NCBI GenBank assembly: GCA_963707915.1
Contig: OY970178.1
Coordinates: 1,856,001 to 1,920,000 of the forward strand
Direction: 5' to 3'
Origin: Candidatus Eiseniibacteriota bacterium
Lineage (GTDB): Bacteria > Eisenbacteria > RBG-16-71-46
DNA: 64,000 nucleotides
This document shows positions 24,017-35,870 of this stretch, piece after piece (within the stretch, counting starts at the first letter, position 1; the number at the start of each line of letters is the position of its first letter). A program made the position numbers and the translations under genes. Under the pieces are notes generated by a model that saw only the letters and a list, made by a program, of their open reading frames with translations, was not told the DNA's origin and made no database searches.

Positions 24017-25342
24017 CTACATCCTCTGGCGGCCGCGGATGCGACCGCCCTTCACGAAGCCCTCGTAGTGCCGCATCAGCAGGTGGGACTCGACCTGCTG
24101 AAGCGTGTCGAGCGCCACCCCCACCACGATGAGCACGCTGGTCCCGCCGAAGCCCATGAACGGCATGTTGGTCGCGCCGATGATGAGGTCCGGGAGCACG
24201 GCGATGAGCGCCAGGAAGATCGCACCCGGCAGCGTGATGCGCGACAGCACCTTGTCGATGTAGTCGGCGGTCTTCCGTCCCGGCCGGATGCCCGGCACGA
24301 AGCCGCCGTGCTTGCGCATGTTCTCCGCCAGGTCGTTCGGGTTCAGCACGACCGCGGTGTAGAAGTAGGTGAAGAACACGATGATCAGGCCGTAGAGGAC
24401 GTTGTAGATCCAGCCGGTGGGGCTGAAGACCTGCCCCAGCCCGGCGAGCGGGCTGTCCGCCTTGACGAACCCCGCGACGGTGGCCGGCAGGATCATCACG
24501 CTCGACGCGAAGATGATCGGGATGACGCCGGCCGTATTGACGCGCAGCGGGATGTGCGTGTTCGCCCCCCCGTACATGCGGCGGCCGACGATGCGCTTGG
24601 CGTACTGCACCGGGATCTTGCGCACCGCCTGGGTCATGAGGATCACGGCCGCGATCACCGCGACCATCATCGCCACGATGGCGACGAGGATCGGCCAGCT
24701 CAGCGACCCGCCGCGCAGGCTCTCGAACGCCGCCAGGATGGTGTTCGGCACCCGACCGACGATGTTGATGAAGATGATGAGCGAGATGCCGTTGCCGATG
24801 CCGTGCTCGGTGATCTTCTCGCCCAGCCACATCACCAGGATGGTGCCGGTCGTCTGCGTCACGATGGTCGAGAAGGTGAACAGGAAGCCGGGATCGGGCA
24901 CGATCGGGAGGCCCTGGGTCTGGCCCAGGTTCGTCAGGAACACGCTGTACGCGTAGGACTGGATGAACGAGATCAGCACCGTGCCGATGCGGGTGTGCTG
25001 GGTGATCTTCTTCTGCCCCTCCTCGCCCTCCTTGCGCAGCTTCTCGTAGTACGGGACCACCGCACCGAGCAACTGCAGGATGATCGAGGCGGAGATGTAC
25101 GGCATGATGCCCAGGGCGAAGATCGTGGCCCGGGAGAACGCCCCGCCCACGAACAGGTCGTAGAGCCCGAACAGCCCGCCCGCAGCGCCCGACGCGGCGA
25201 AGGCCCCGGCCAGCGCGCGCGCATTGACACCCGGCGTGGGCAGGTGCTCGCCCAGCCGGTAGATCACGATGAGCGCCATCGTGAAGAAGATGCGGCGCTT
25301 CAGCTCGGGGACCTGGAAGATGTTCCGGATCTTCTCGATCAT
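24017..25342 (-). CDS. secY: Preprotein translocase SecY
   Basis: IFALGIMPYISASII, GIGNGISLII, PGIRPG. Confidence 0.98.
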   Translation of the reverse strand: MIEKIRNIFQVPELKRRIFFTMALIVIYRLGEHLPTPGVNARALAGAFAASGAAGGLFGLYDLFVGGAFSRATIFALGIMPYISASIILQLLGAVVPYYEKLRKEGEEGQKKITQHTRIGTVLISFIQSYAYSVFLTNLGQTQGLPIVPDPGFLFTFSTIVTQTTGTILVMWLGEKITEHGIGNGISLIIFINIVGRVPNTILAAFESLRGGSLSWPILVAIVAMMVAVIAAVILMTQAVRKIPVQYAKRIVGRRMYGGANTHIPLRVNTAGVIPIIFASSVMILPATVAGFVKADSPLAGLGQVFSPTGWIYNVLYGLIIVFFTYFYTAVVLNPNDLAENMRKHGGFVPGIRPGRKTADYIDKVLSRITLPGAIFLALIAVLPDLIIGATNMPFMGFGGTSVLIVVGVALDTLQQVESHLLMRHYEGFVKGGRIRGRQRM

Positions 25343-25357
25343 GGCTCCTCGGCGCGC

Positions 25358-25822
25358 CTAGGCCCCGGCCTTCGGCCTGGGCGTCTCCACGGTGCCGCCG
25401 GCGGTCTCGACCGCGCGGCGAGCGGCTTCACTCGCGGCGTCCACACGAACCGTGAGCGCCACCTCGAGCTGTCCTCCGGCCAGCAGCTTCACCGGCAATC
25501 TGCCACGCACCAGCTTGCGCTTCGCGAGCCACGCGCGGTCCACCGTCGTGTTCGCCGCGGCCGCGGCCAGCCGGCCCACCGGCACGACCTGGTATTCGAC
25601 CCGGCCCGGGTTCTTGAACCCGCGCTTGGGCAGCCGACGCTGGATCGGCATCTGGCCGCCCTCGAACCAGGCGGGGATGCCTCCGCCGGCCCGCGCCTTG
25701 TGGCCCTTGTGTCCGCGTCCCGCCGTGCCACCCAGGCCGCTCGCGGCGCCCTTGCCGCGGCGCTTGCGGGTCTGCGTGGCTCCCGAGGCCGGACGAATCG
25801 TCCCCATGCGGATCATCGCCAT
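25358..25822 (-). CDS. rplO: 50S ribosomal protein L15
   Basis: GRGHKG, FEGGQMP, RLPKRGF. Confidence 0.97.
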   Translation of the reverse strand: MAMIRMGTIRPASGATQTRKRRGKGAASGLGGTAGRGHKGHKARAGGGIPAWFEGGQMPIQRRLPKRGFKNPGRVEYQVVPVGRLAAAAANTTVDRAWLAKRKLVRGRLPVKLLAGGQLEVALTVRVDAASEAARRAVETAGGTVETPRPKAGA

Positions 25823-25828
25823 CCCCCT

Positions 25829-26011
25829 CTAACCCTCCACCACTTCGACGAGGTGGCGGACCTTGAAGATCATGCCCCGGATCTGGGGCGTATCGTTCTG
25901 CTCGATCACCTGGTGCAGCCGGTGGATCCCGAGGGCCGTGATGGTCTGCTGCTGGTCCTTCGGGTGCCCGCTGGCGCCCTTGATCTGACGGATTCGGATC
26001 GTCTTAGGCAT
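25829..26011 (-). CDS. rpmD: 50S ribosomal protein L30
   Basis: [12 protein letters not shown]; position in spc operon. Confidence 0.95.
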   Translation of the reverse strand: MPKTIRIRQIKGASGHPKDQQQTITALGIHRLHQVIEQNDTPQIRGMIFKVRHLVEVVEG

Positions 26012-26555
26012 GAGGCTCACTCCGGATCCCGAACAATTCGTCCAGGGTGATGCCGCGCATGGCGGCGATCTCGGAAGGCCGACGCAGGCGCTGCAACCCG
26101 TTCACGGTGGCCTTGACGAGGTTGTGGGGATTGCGGCTGCCCAGGCACTTGGTCAGCACGTTCTGCACCCCCGCCACCTCGAGCACGGCGCGCACGCCCG
26201 AGCCCGCGATCACGCCGGTACCGGGCGACGCGGGCTTCAGCAGCACCTCGCCCGCGCCGAACTTCCCGACGATGACGTGCGGGATCGAACTGCCGCGCGT
26301 GATCGGGACGCGGAACATGCTCTTCTTGGCGACCTCACCGGCCTTGCGGATCGCGTCCGCGACCTCGTTGGCCTTGCCCAGCCCCACACCCACGCGCCCC
26401 TTCTGGTCGCCCACCGCCACGATGGCGTTGAACGAGAACCGCCGCCCGCCCTTCACGACCTTGGCGCAGCGGTTGACGTTGATGACCCGCTCGACGAATT
26501 CGGACTTGGGGGCTTCCGACTGGCCGCCCCGGCCCCGGTTATCCTGGCCTCGCAC
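26004..26555 (-). CDS. rpsE: 30S ribosomal protein S5
   Basis: [19 protein letters not shown]. Confidence 0.97.
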   Translation of the reverse strand: MRGQDNRGRGGQSEAPKSEFVERVINVNRCAKVVKGGRRFSFNAIVAVGDQKGRVGVGLGKANEVADAIRKAGEVAKKSMFRVPITRGSSIPHVIVGKFGAGEVLLKPASPGTGVIAGSGVRAVLEVAGVQNVLTKCLGSRNPHNLVKATVNGLQRLRRPSEIAAMRGITLDELFGIRSEPHA

Positions 26556-26564
26556 GTCGTCCTC

Positions 26565-26924
26565 CTAGAATTCCAGGCCGCCGGCCCGCGCGCCGTCGGC
26601 GAGCGCCTTGACGCGCCCGTGGTACAGGTAACCGCCACGATCGAAGCTCACGCGCGCCACGCCCTTCTCCTTCGCGCGCGCAGCCAGGCGCTTGCCGACC
26701 TCGGCGCAGATGCCGAGCTTGCCCTTGCCCTCGAGCGCCATGTCCTCGCGGCTCGAAGCCGCCGCCAGCGTGACGCCATGAAGGTCATCGATGATCTGGG
26801 CGTAGATGTGCCTGGAGCTCCGGAACACCGAGAGTCGCGGACGCTCCACCGAGCCCGTGACCCGCTTGCGGATGCGATAGCGCCGGATCCGGCGCCGCTC
26901 GTACTTGTTGTGCTGACCACTCAT
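26565..26924 (-). CDS. rplR: 50S ribosomal protein L18
   Basis: [21 protein letters not shown]. Confidence 0.97.
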   Translation of the reverse strand: MSGQHNKYERRRIRRYRIRKRVTGSVERPRLSVFRSSRHIYAQIIDDLHGVTLAAASSREDMALEGKGKLGICAEVGKRLAARAKEKGVARVSFDRGGYLYHGRVKALADGARAGGLEF

Positions 26925-26925
26925 A

Positions 26926-27465
26926 TTATGCCGACCCCGCGGCCTTACCGGCCTTGCGACGGACGTATTCGCCCTCGTAGCGCACGCCCTTGCCCTTGTA
27001 GGGCTCGGGCGGGCGGAATCCACGGATGTTCGCGGCGGCCTGGCCGACCTGCGCCTTGTCCGCGCCGCTCACCTTGATCCGCGTAGGAGACTCGACCTTG
27101 ACGGTGATGCCCTGCGGCGCCTCGTACCGGATGGAGTGCGAGAAGCCGAGCTGCAGGACCAGCGTGCCACCTTCCATCGCGGCCCGGTACCCCGTGCCCT
27201 GGATCTCGAGGCTCCGGCTGAATCCGGTGGTCACGCCCAGCACCATGTTGTTGAGCTTGGCGCGCATCGTCCCGAAGGCCGGGTTGCGGACGATGCGTTC
27301 CGCCGACACGCGTGCCTCTGCGCCGTCGACCACCACCTTGGTGCCGGCCAGCACCGGATGCGTGAGCTCTCCATTCGGCCCCTTCACGCGGACCAGGCGG
27401 TCGTCTTCCACGACCACCTTGACGCCGCTCGGGATGGGGACCGGGAGCTTTCCGACTCTCGACAT
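26926..27465 (-). CDS. rplF: 50S ribosomal protein L6
   Basis: [16 protein letters not shown]. Confidence 0.97.
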   Translation of the reverse strand: MSRVGKLPVPIPSGVKVVVEDDRLVRVKGPNGELTHPVLAGTKVVVDGAEARVSAERIVRNPAFGTMRAKLNNMVLGVTTGFSRSLEIQGTGYRAAMEGGTLVLQLGFSHSIRYEAPQGITVKVESPTRIKVSGADKAQVGQAAANIRGFRPPEPYKGKGVRYEGEYVRRKAGKAAGSA

Positions 27466-27474
27466 TCCGACCCC

Positions 27475-27873
27475 CTACCAGACCTGGCAGACGAGCTCGC
27501 CGCCGAGACCCGCTTCGCGGGCCTCACGGTCGGTCATCAGCCCGCGTGACGTGGACAGGATCGAGGCTCCCAGGCCGCCCATCACCTTCGGCAGCCGGGC
27601 CTTCCCGAGGTACACGCGACGGCCGGGCGTGCTCACGCGGCGCAGGCCGGTGATGACAGGCACGTCGTCGGTCGCGTACTTGAGGTAGACGCGCAGGGTC
27701 CCCTGCTGGTCGTTCTCGATCACCTTGAAGTTGTTGATGTAGCGCTCGCGCAGCAGCACGCGGGCCAGCTCCGTCTTGAGCTTCGAGGCGGGCACGTCCA
27801 CCTTGCGATGCTTGGCGCGGATCGCGTTGCGCACGCAGGTCAGGAAGTCCGCCACCGGGTCACTGACCGACAT
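27475..27873 (-). CDS. rpsH: 30S ribosomal protein S8
   Basis: DPVADFLT, STSRGLMTD, GGE. Confidence 0.97.
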   Translation of the reverse strand: MSVSDPVADFLTCVRNAIRAKHRKVDVPASKLKTELARVLLRERYINNFKVIENDQQGTLRVYLKYATDDVPVITGLRRVSTPGRRVYLGKARLPKVMGGLGASILSTSRGLMTDREAREAGLGGELVCQVW

Positions 27874-27977
27874 TCACGTCCTCCCGGAACCACCGTTCAG
27901 CGCGCGGACCACCCGCGCCCTGCTGCCTGGTCCCGTCGTGCCCCGGCCCCGCGCCGCGCGCGGGTGCCCGGGCGGGT

Positions 27978-28163
27978 TCACCAGCTCGACTTCACGACAC
28001 CCGGGATCTGACCCGACAGCGCCAGCTCCCGGAAACAGATGCGGCACATCCCGAAGTCCCGCAGGAACGCGCGGGGCCGTCCGCAGCGATGACAGCGGGT
28101 GTAGGCGCGCACCTTGAACTTCGGCGTCCGCTTCCACTTCTCGATGATGGACTTCTTCGCCAC
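27978..28163 (-). CDS. rpsN: 30S ribosomal protein S14, short Zn-binding type
   Basis: RCHRCGRPR...CRICFRE. Confidence 0.97.
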   Translation of the reverse strand: MAKKSIIEKWKRTPKFKVRAYTRCHRCGRPRAFLRDFGMCRICFRELALSGQIPGVVKSSW

Positions 28164-28173
28164 GAGCGCCTCC

Positions 28174-28872
28174 CTATTGCGGCCGGAAGGGCATGTTCAT
28201 GAGCCGCAGCAGCTCACGCCCTTCCTCGTCCGTTCGCGCCGTCGTGACGATCGTCACGTCCAGGCCGCGGACCTTGCCCACCTTCTCGATGTTGATCTCC
28301 GGGAAGATCGTCTGCTCCTGGAGCCCCAGCGAGTAGTTCCCCCGGCCGTCGAACGACCGCGGCTTCACGCCGCGGAAGTCGCGGATGCGCGGCACCGCCA
28401 CGTTGACCATGCGGTCGTAGAATTCGAACATGCGCGCCCCGCGCAGGGTCACGGCGCAGCCGATGGGAACGCCCTCGCGCAGCTTGAAGTTCGAGATCGA
28501 CTTCTTCGCCCGCCGCACCGTCGGACGCTGGCCCGCGATGGCGCACAGCTCGTTCGCGGCGGCGTCCAGCAGCTTCGCGTCCACCAGCGCGTCGCCCACG
28601 CCCATGTTGAGCACGATCTTCACCAGGCGCGGCGCCTGCATGACGCTGGTGTACTTGAACTTCTCCATCAGCGCCGGGCGCACCTTCTCCTCGTAGAACA
28701 CCGCGAGCCGCGGCTTCTCGACCGGCCCCTTCGGGCGGCCCATCTCGACCGAGCCGCTCTTGGCGCCCTTCTCGCCCGCACCGCCCTTGCCGGCCTTGCC
28801 CGCCTTCGGCGCCTTCTCCTGCTTGGGCGCCTTCTCCTGCTTCGCCGCCTTGGGCTTCTTCTCGTCCGCCAT
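28174..28872 (-). CDS. rplE: 50S ribosomal protein L5 with Lys/Ala-rich N-terminal extension
   Basis: [25 protein letters not shown]. Confidence 0.96.
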   Translation of the reverse strand: MADEKKPKAAKQEKAPKQEKAPKAGKAGKGGAGEKGAKSGSVEMGRPKGPVEKPRLAVFYEEKVRPALMEKFKYTSVMQAPRLVKIVLNMGVGDALVDAKLLDAAANELCAIAGQRPTVRRAKKSISNFKLREGVPIGCAVTLRGARMFEFYDRMVNVAVPRIRDFRGVKPRSFDGRGNYSLGLQEQTIFPEINIEKVGKVRGLDVTIVTTARTDEEGRELLRLMNMPFRPQ

Positions 28873-28969
28873 GCTTCATTCTCTCCAGGGTCCAGTTCGC
28901 ACGGCCCATCTGACCCTGGTCAACCAGGACCGTGCCCGGGAGCGTTCCGCTCCCACGTCTCGATTCTGC

Positions 28970-29296
28970 CTAGTCCGACTTCGACAGCGTCTCGCCGCTC
29001 GAGCGCGAGACCCGCTCCCGCCGTCCGTTCGGCAGGACCCGGACGCCGACGCGCGTGCCGCGACCGGCCTTCGCGTCGTAGATCAGCACGTTCGACAGGT
29101 GGAGCGGGGCCTCCTTCTCGATGATCCCGCTCTGCACTCCCTGCTTCCGTGCCTTGGTGTGGCGCTTGACGAAGTTCACCTTCTCGACCACGACGCGCTG
29201 CTTCTCGGCGTCCACCGCGAGCACGCGCCCGGTCTTCCCCTTGTCGTCGCCGGCGATCACCATCACGACGTCGCCCTTGCGGATCTTCATGGCCAT
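28970..29296 (-). CDS. rplX: 50S ribosomal protein L24
   Basis: KGDVVMVIAGDDKGKTG, EAPLHLSNV. Confidence 0.96.
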   Translation of the reverse strand: MAMKIRKGDVVMVIAGDDKGKTGRVLAVDAEKQRVVVEKVNFVKRHTKARKQGVQSGIIEKEAPLHLSNVLIYDAKAGRGTRVGVRVLPNGRRERVSRSSGETLSKSD

Positions 29297-29664
29297 CAGA
29301 TCACCTCCGGAGCCAGCGAGATGATCTTCATGAACTGCTTCTCGCGAAGCTCGCGCGCCACCGGGCCGAAGATGCGGGTCCCGCGCGGCTCCTTGTCGTC
29401 GTTGATGAGCACCACTGCGTTCTCGTCGAAACGGATGTAGGAACCGTCCTTGCGGCGGCCCTCCTTCACGACGCGCACCACCACCGCCTTCGCGACGTCG
29501 CCCTTCTTGACCGCCGCGCCGGGGATGGCGTCCCTCACCGACACGACGACGATGTCGCCGAGCCGGCCATAGCGCCGGTGATGGCCGCCCAGCACCTTGA
29601 TGCACTGGGCGCGCTTCGCGCCCGAGTTGTCGGCGACGGTCACCATCGTTCTCAACTGGATCAT
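29296..29664 (-). CDS. rplN: 50S ribosomal protein L14
   Basis: [23 protein letters not shown]. Confidence 0.98.
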   Translation of the reverse strand: MIQLRTMVTVADNSGAKRAQCIKVLGGHHRRYGRLGDIVVVSVRDAIPGAAVKKGDVAKAVVVRVVKEGRRKDGSYIRFDENAVVLINDDKEPRGTRIFGPVARELREKQFMKIISLAPEVI

Positions 29665-29682
29665 GGCTCGACTCCCGGAGCG

Positions 29683-29949
29683 CTACTTCGCGCGCTCGAC
29701 GAACTCCACGAAACGCCAGCGCTTCTCCTTCGAGAGCGGCCGCGTCTCCATGAAGCGGATCACGTCCCCGATGTGACACTCGTTCTTCTCGTCATGGACC
29801 TTGAAGGTCGCACGCCGCCGCACGTAGCGGCCGACGGTGGGGTGCTTGACCAGGCGCTCGATGGAGACCACGACCGTCTTGTCCATCCGGTCGCTCACCA
29901 CCTTGCCGACCCGGGCCTTCCTGCGATTGCGCTCGGCTTCTTCGTTCAT
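29683..29949 (-). CDS. rpsQ: 30S ribosomal protein S17
   Basis: GKVVSDRMDKTVVV, ETRPLSK. Confidence 0.97.
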   Translation of the reverse strand: MNEEAERNRRKARVGKVVSDRMDKTVVVSIERLVKHPTVGRYVRRRATFKVHDEKNECHIGDVIRFMETRPLSKEKRWRFVEFVERAK

Positions 29950-30152
29950 TTGGCGACCTGCTCCTTCTCGCGCAGCACGGTCAGCAGGCGCGCCATCTCG
30001 CGCCGGCTCTCCCGGATCTTGAGCGGGTTGTCGAGCTGCTTCATGGCGTTGCGGAAGCGCAGGTTGAACAACTCCTCGCGCAACTCCTGGAGCCGCGTCC
30101 GGATCTCGTCCGGGGACATGTCCCGCATGGCCTTGGCCTTGACGTGTGGCAC
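29946..30152 (-). CDS. rpmC: 50S ribosomal protein L29
   Basis: ELFNLRF, ARLLTV; operon position. Confidence 0.95.
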   Translation of the reverse strand: MPHVKAKAMRDMSPDEIRTRLQELREELFNLRFRNAMKQLDNPLKIRESRREMARLLTVLREKEQVAK

Positions 30153-30155
30153 GGC

Positions 30156-30578
30156 TCACTCCCTCCCGAGCTCGTGGCGCTCGACGAAGCGCGTACGGAC
30201 CGACAGCTTCGAGGCGCCCAGCTTCATCGCTTCCTGCGCCGCCGCCCGCGAGATGCCTTCGAGTTCGAACATGATGCGGCCCGGCTTGACGACTGCGACC
30301 CAGAACTCCGGGGCGCCCTTGCCCTTGCCCATGCGGGTCTCGGCGGGCTTCTTGGTCACGGGCTTGTCGGGGAACACGCGGATCCACATCTTCCCGCCGC
30401 GCTTGATCGAGCGGGTGATGGCGACACGGGCGGCCTCGATCTGCCGGTTCGTGACCCACGCCGGATCGAGGGACATCAGCCCGTACTCGCCGAACGTGAC
30501 CGACGAGCCGCGGTAGGCCTTGCCGTTCATGCGGCCGCGCTGCTGCTTGCGGTACTTGACGCGCTTCGGCATCAGCAT
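30156..30578 (-). CDS. rplP: 50S ribosomal protein L16
   Basis: [18 protein letters not shown]. Confidence 0.98.
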   Translation of the reverse strand: MLMPKRVKYRKQQRGRMNGKAYRGSSVTFGEYGLMSLDPAWVTNRQIEAARVAITRSIKRGGKMWIRVFPDKPVTKKPAETRMGKGKGAPEFWVAVVKPGRIMFELEGISRAAAQEAMKLGASKLSVRTRFVERHELGRE

Positions 30579-30590
30579 GACGGATCCCCC

Positions 30591-31250
30591 CTACCTGGCG
30601 GCCGGCGGAACGACGGCCGCGGGCTTGTCCAGGACCTCGCCGTGGAACATCCACACCTTCACCCCGCAGGTACCGTAGGCGGTGTTGGCGGTGGCACGGG
30701 CAAAATCGATGTCGGCGCGGAGCGTGTGCAGAGGCACCCGCCCCTCGCGGTAGGTCTCGTAGCGCGCCATCTCGGAACCGCCCAGGCGGCCCGAGGCCGC
30801 CACGCGGATGCCCTGCGCGCCGGCGCGCATCGAGGAGGCGATCGCCTTCTTCATGGCGCGGCGGAACGAGACGCGCTGCTCCAGCTGCTTGGCGATGTGC
30901 TCGGCCACGAGCTGGGCGTCGAGGTCGGCCCGCTTGATCTCCTCGATGTTCAGCTGGACGTGCTTCTTCGTGAGCGCCTTCATCTCCTCGGAGAGCTTGT
31001 CCACCTGCTCGCCCTTGCGGCCGATGACCAGGCCCGGGCGCGCGGTCTTGATGCCGACCGTGATCTTGTCGCCCTTGCGCTCGATCGTGATCTTGGCGAT
31101 GCCGGCCTGGTAGAGGCGCTTCTTGAGGTACCGCTTGATGAGCAGGTCCTCCTTCAGCAGCTCCGCATACCCGCGCTTGGCGAACCAGCGCGAGTCCCAG
31201 GTCTTGACGATGCCCAGGCGCAGGCCGATGGGATGTGTCTTCTGACCCAT
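30591..31250 (-). CDS. rpsC: 30S ribosomal protein S3
   Basis: [23 protein letters not shown]. Confidence 0.98.
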   Translation of the reverse strand: MGQKTHPIGLRLGIVKTWDSRWFAKRGYAELLKEDLLIKRYLKKRLYQAGIAKITIERKGDKITVGIKTARPGLVIGRKGEQVDKLSEEMKALTKKHVQLNIEEIKRADLDAQLVAEHIAKQLEQRVSFRRAMKKAIASSMRAGAQGIRVAASGRLGGSEMARYETYREGRVPLHTLRADIDFARATANTAYGTCGVKVWMFHGEVLDKPAAVVPPAAR

Positions 31251-31252
31251 GA

Positions 31253-31588
31253 CTACTCCCTCGTGGCCACGGTCACCGACACGTGGCTCGTGCGCTTCAG
31301 CATGGGGGTGGCGCGCCCCTGGGCGCGGGGCAACCAGCGCTTGAGCGTGGGTCCCGCCCCGACGATCGCTTCCTTGATGTACAGGTCCTCGAGCCGCACC
31401 TTGCCCTCGTGGAGCGCGTTCGCGACCGCCGACTTGAGCACCTTCTGAACGATGCGGGCTCCCGCCTTGGGCGTGAACTGCAGCGTGGTCTGGGCGCTCT
31501 CCACGGCCTCGCCGCGGATGAGTTCGAGCACCTGGTTGCACTTGCGCGGGGTGATCCGCACGTACCGCTGGATGGCTTTCGCTTGCAT
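31253..31588 (-). CDS. rplV: 50S ribosomal protein L22
   Basis: SAVANA, PRAQGRA, KRTSH. Confidence 0.97.
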   Translation of the reverse strand: MQAKAIQRYVRITPRKCNQVLELIRGEAVESAQTTLQFTPKAGARIVQKVLKSAVANALHEGKVRLEDLYIKEAIVGAGPTLKRWLPRAQGRATPMLKRTSHVSVTVATRE

Positions 31589-31592
31589 GGCT

Positions 31593-31883
31593 CTACTTTC
31601 CGGGCACCGGGGTCTTCTCGGCCACGTGCTGACCGTGACCGCGGAAGACCCGGGTCGGCACGAACTCGCCGAGCTTGTGACCGACCATGTTCTCGGTGAT
31701 GTAGATCGGGATGAACTTGTTGCCGTTGTGGACCGCGAGCGTGTGGCCGACGAACTCGGGCAGCACCGTCGAGCGCCGCGCCCAGGTCTTGAGCACGCGC
31801 TTCGCGCCGCTGCGATTCAGCGTTTCGATCTTCCGTACGAGGGACTCGACGACGTACGGTCCCTTCTTGATTGAACGCGCCAT
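31593..31883 (-). CDS. rpsS: 30S ribosomal protein S19
   Basis: [16 protein letters not shown]. Confidence 0.98.
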   Translation of the reverse strand: MARSIKKGPYVVESLVRKIETLNRSGAKRVLKTWARRSTVLPEFVGHTLAVHNGNKFIPIYITENMVGHKLGEFVPTRVFRGHGQHVAEKTPVPGK

Positions 31884-31898
31884 GGAGTCCTCTCCCCG

Positions 31899-32723
31899 CT
31901 ACTTCGTCCGGCGGCGCACGATGAGCGCGTCGCTCAACTTGCGCTTCCGCGTCTTGAGACCCTTGGACTTCTTGCCCCACGGCGAGCACGGATGCCGCCC
32001 GCCCGAGGACTTGCCTTCACCGCCGCCCATCGGGTGATCCACCGGGTTCATGACGACGCCCCGGACGCTGGGCGCACGACCCCGCCAGCGGTTCCGACCG
32101 GCCTTGCCGAGCGAGACGTTCTCGTGGTCCAGGTTGCCCACCTGGCCCACGACCGCCCGGCAGTTGACGTGGAACTTGCGCACCTCGCCCGACGGCAGCC
32201 GCAGCTGCGCGTAGTCCCCGTCCCTCGCCATCAGCTGGCAGTAGGTGCCGGCCGAGCGGGCGATCCGGGAACGGCGGCCCGGGAACAGCTCCACGTTGTG
32301 GATGTTGGTGCCGAGCGGGATGTTCTTCAGCGGCAGGCAGTTCCCCGGGCTGATCTCCGAGTCGCCGCCCGACTGCACCTTCATCCCGACCTTGAGGCCG
32401 TCCGGCGCCACGATGTAGCGGCGCTCGCCGTCGGCGTAGTTGAGCAGCGCGATGCGGGCCGAGCGGTTCGGATCGTACTCGATGCTGGCGACCCGGGCCG
32501 GGATCCCGTCCTTGGTGCGGCCGAAGTCGATGATCCGGTAGCGCCGCTTGTGCCCGCCGCTGATCCAGCGCTGCGAGACGTGGCCCTGGTTGTCGCGGCC
32601 GCCGGTCTTGTAGAGCCGCTCGGTGAGCGACTTCACGGGACGGCTCCGCGTCAACTCCGAGAAGTCCGGCAGGACCGTGTGCCGGAGCGTCGGGGTGGTC
32701 GGACGGAATTTCTTGAGACCCAT
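31899..32723 (-). CDS. rplB: 50S ribosomal protein L2
   Basis: [21 protein letters not shown]. Confidence 0.98.
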   Translation of the reverse strand: MGLKKFRPTTPTLRHTVLPDFSELTRSRPVKSLTERLYKTGGRDNQGHVSQRWISGGHKRRYRIIDFGRTKDGIPARVASIEYDPNRSARIALLNYADGERRYIVAPDGLKVGMKVQSGGDSEISPGNCLPLKNIPLGTNIHNVELFPGRRSRIARSAGTYCQLMARDGDYAQLRLPSGEVRKFHVNCRAVVGQVGNLDHENVSLGKAGRNRWRGRAPSVRGVVMNPVDHPMGGGEGKSSGGRHPCSPWGKKSKGLKTRKRKLSDALIVRRRTK

Positions 32724-32733
32724 GGCCGTTCCT

Positions 32734-33024
32734 TTAGATCTGCTCGAACAGCTCGATCTTCTGATCGGGCTTGAGCGTGACGATGGCCTTCTTCCAGTCA
32801 CTGCGACGGCCGGACGCCCGGCCCTGCCGCTTGACCTTGCCGCGCAGTTGCTGCGTGCGGACCGAGCCCACCTTCACGGAGAAGATGACCTCGATCGCGC
32901 GCTTGATCTCGATCTTGTTGGCGTCCCGCGCCACCTCGAAGTGGTACTGGTTCTGCGTCTCGCGCAGCGTCGTACCCTTCTCGGTGATGAGCGCCCGGCG
33001 CACGATGGATCGGGGATCGTTCAT
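32734..33024 (-). CDS. rplW: 50S ribosomal protein L23
   Basis: [19 protein letters not shown]. Confidence 0.97.
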   Translation of the reverse strand: MNDPRSIVRRALITEKGTTLRETQNQYHFEVARDANKIEIKRAIEVIFSVKVGSVRTQQLRGKVKRQGRASGRRSDWKKAIVTLKPDQKIELFEQI

Positions 33025-33656
33025 TTGACGAAGACCTCCTTCATGCGCTCGAGCCCGTCGGCGGTCACCAGCAGCGCGTCGCTGTTCACCAGCTCGTACG
33101 CGTTCACCTGGTGCGCCAGCGTCATGTTCAGGTTGCGCAGGTTGCGGCAGGACTTGAGCAGGTTCTCGTCCGCCCGTCCCACGACCAGCAGCGTGCGCTT
33201 GTCCGCCAGGCCCAGGCGCTCGAGCACCTCGACCATCTGGCGCGTCTTCGGCTCCGCGAACGTCAGCGACTCGAGCACCGTCACCGCGTTCGCCGCGGCC
33301 ATCTGCGAGAGCGCGGCCGCCAGCGCCGCGCGGCGCTGCTGCTTCGGCAGTTCCGTGCGGTAGTCACGCGGCTTCGGACCGAAGGCGCGGCCGCCGCCGG
33401 GCATCAGCGGCGTGTTGTTCGCACCCTGGCGCGCGCGGCCGGTGCCCTTCTGGCGGAACGGCTTGCGCGTGCCGCCCGACACGTCGCCGCGGCTCTTGAC
33501 CTTGGCCGTGCCCTGCCGCTGGTTGCCCAGGTGACGCTTGATCGAGAGGTACAACAGGTGCTCGTGCACCTGCTGCCCGAACAGCGCCTCCGGCAGGCTC
33601 GTCGTGCCCTTGTCGGCCCCGTCGAGGCCACGGATCCTGGCGTTGATCTCGCTCAT
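33021..33656 (-). CDS. rplD: 50S ribosomal protein L4
   Basis: [17 protein letters not shown]. Confidence 0.97.
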   Translation of the reverse strand: MSEINARIRGLDGADKGTTSLPEALFGQQVHEHLLYLSIKRHLGNQRQGTAKVKSRGDVSGGTRKPFRQKGTGRARQGANNTPLMPGGGRAFGPKPRDYRTELPKQQRRAALAAALSQMAAANAVTVLESLTFAEPKTRQMVEVLERLGLADKRTLLVVGRADENLLKSCRNLRNLNMTLAHQVNAYELVNSDALLVTADGLERMKEVFVK

Positions 33657-33657
33657 G

Positions 33658-34281
33658 TCAGCCTTCCCGCTTCTTCACGACCACCAAGCCGTTGGTCGGC
33701 CCCGGAACCGCGCCGCGCACCATGAGCATGTTCTGCTCGGGGTCGATCGCGACGACCTCCAGGTTCTTGATGGTCAGATTGACGTTGCCCATGTGCCCGG
33801 GCAGCCGCTTGCCCTTGATGACGCGCGAGGGGTACGCGGAGGCGCCGATCGAACCGGGCTGCTTGCCGGCCGTCGGGCCGTGCGAAGCGTGCCCGGCGAT
33901 GAAGCCGTAGCGCTTGACCACGCCCGCGAACCCGCGGCCCTTGGTCACCCCCTGGATGTCGACGTGCCGGCCCTTCTCGAAGATCGAGACGTCCAGGCTC
34001 TGGCCGACCGCCAGCCCCTCGATGCTCTCCACGCGGAACTCGCGCAGGTGGCGCTGCGGAGGAAGGTTGCGCTTCTTGAACTGTCCGAGCGCAGGCCGGG
34101 TGAAACGGGACTCCTTGTTCGTCCCGAAGCCGAGCTGCACCGCCGTGTACCCGTCGCGCTGCGTGCTGCGCAGCTCGGTGACGGTGCACGGCCCCGCCTC
34201 GATGATGGTCACGGGAATGGCCTCGCCCCTCTCGTCGAAGAACTGAGTCATGCCCACTTTTCTGCCCAGCAAACCGATCAT
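33658..34281 (-). CDS. rplC: 50S ribosomal protein L3
   Basis: KVGMTQ, DGYTAVQ, KGRGFAG, GAVPG. Confidence 0.97.
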   Translation of the reverse strand: MIGLLGRKVGMTQFFDERGEAIPVTIIEAGPCTVTELRSTQRDGYTAVQLGFGTNKESRFTRPALGQFKKRNLPPQRHLREFRVESIEGLAVGQSLDVSIFEKGRHVDIQGVTKGRGFAGVVKRYGFIAGHASHGPTAGKQPGSIGASAYPSRVIKGKRLPGHMGNVNLTIKNLEVVAIDPEQNMLMVRGAVPGPTNGLVVVKKREG

Positions 34282-34301
34282 GGTTGGTCCCACTTGCCCG
34301 C

Positions 34302-34613
<312 letters not shown>

Positions 34614-34617
34614 CCCC

Positions 34618-35817
<1,200 letters not shown>

Positions 35818-35870
35818 GAACCTTTCCTCCGTCGTCCGGGACGACGCAAAAGGCCGGGTGCGACCCGGGC

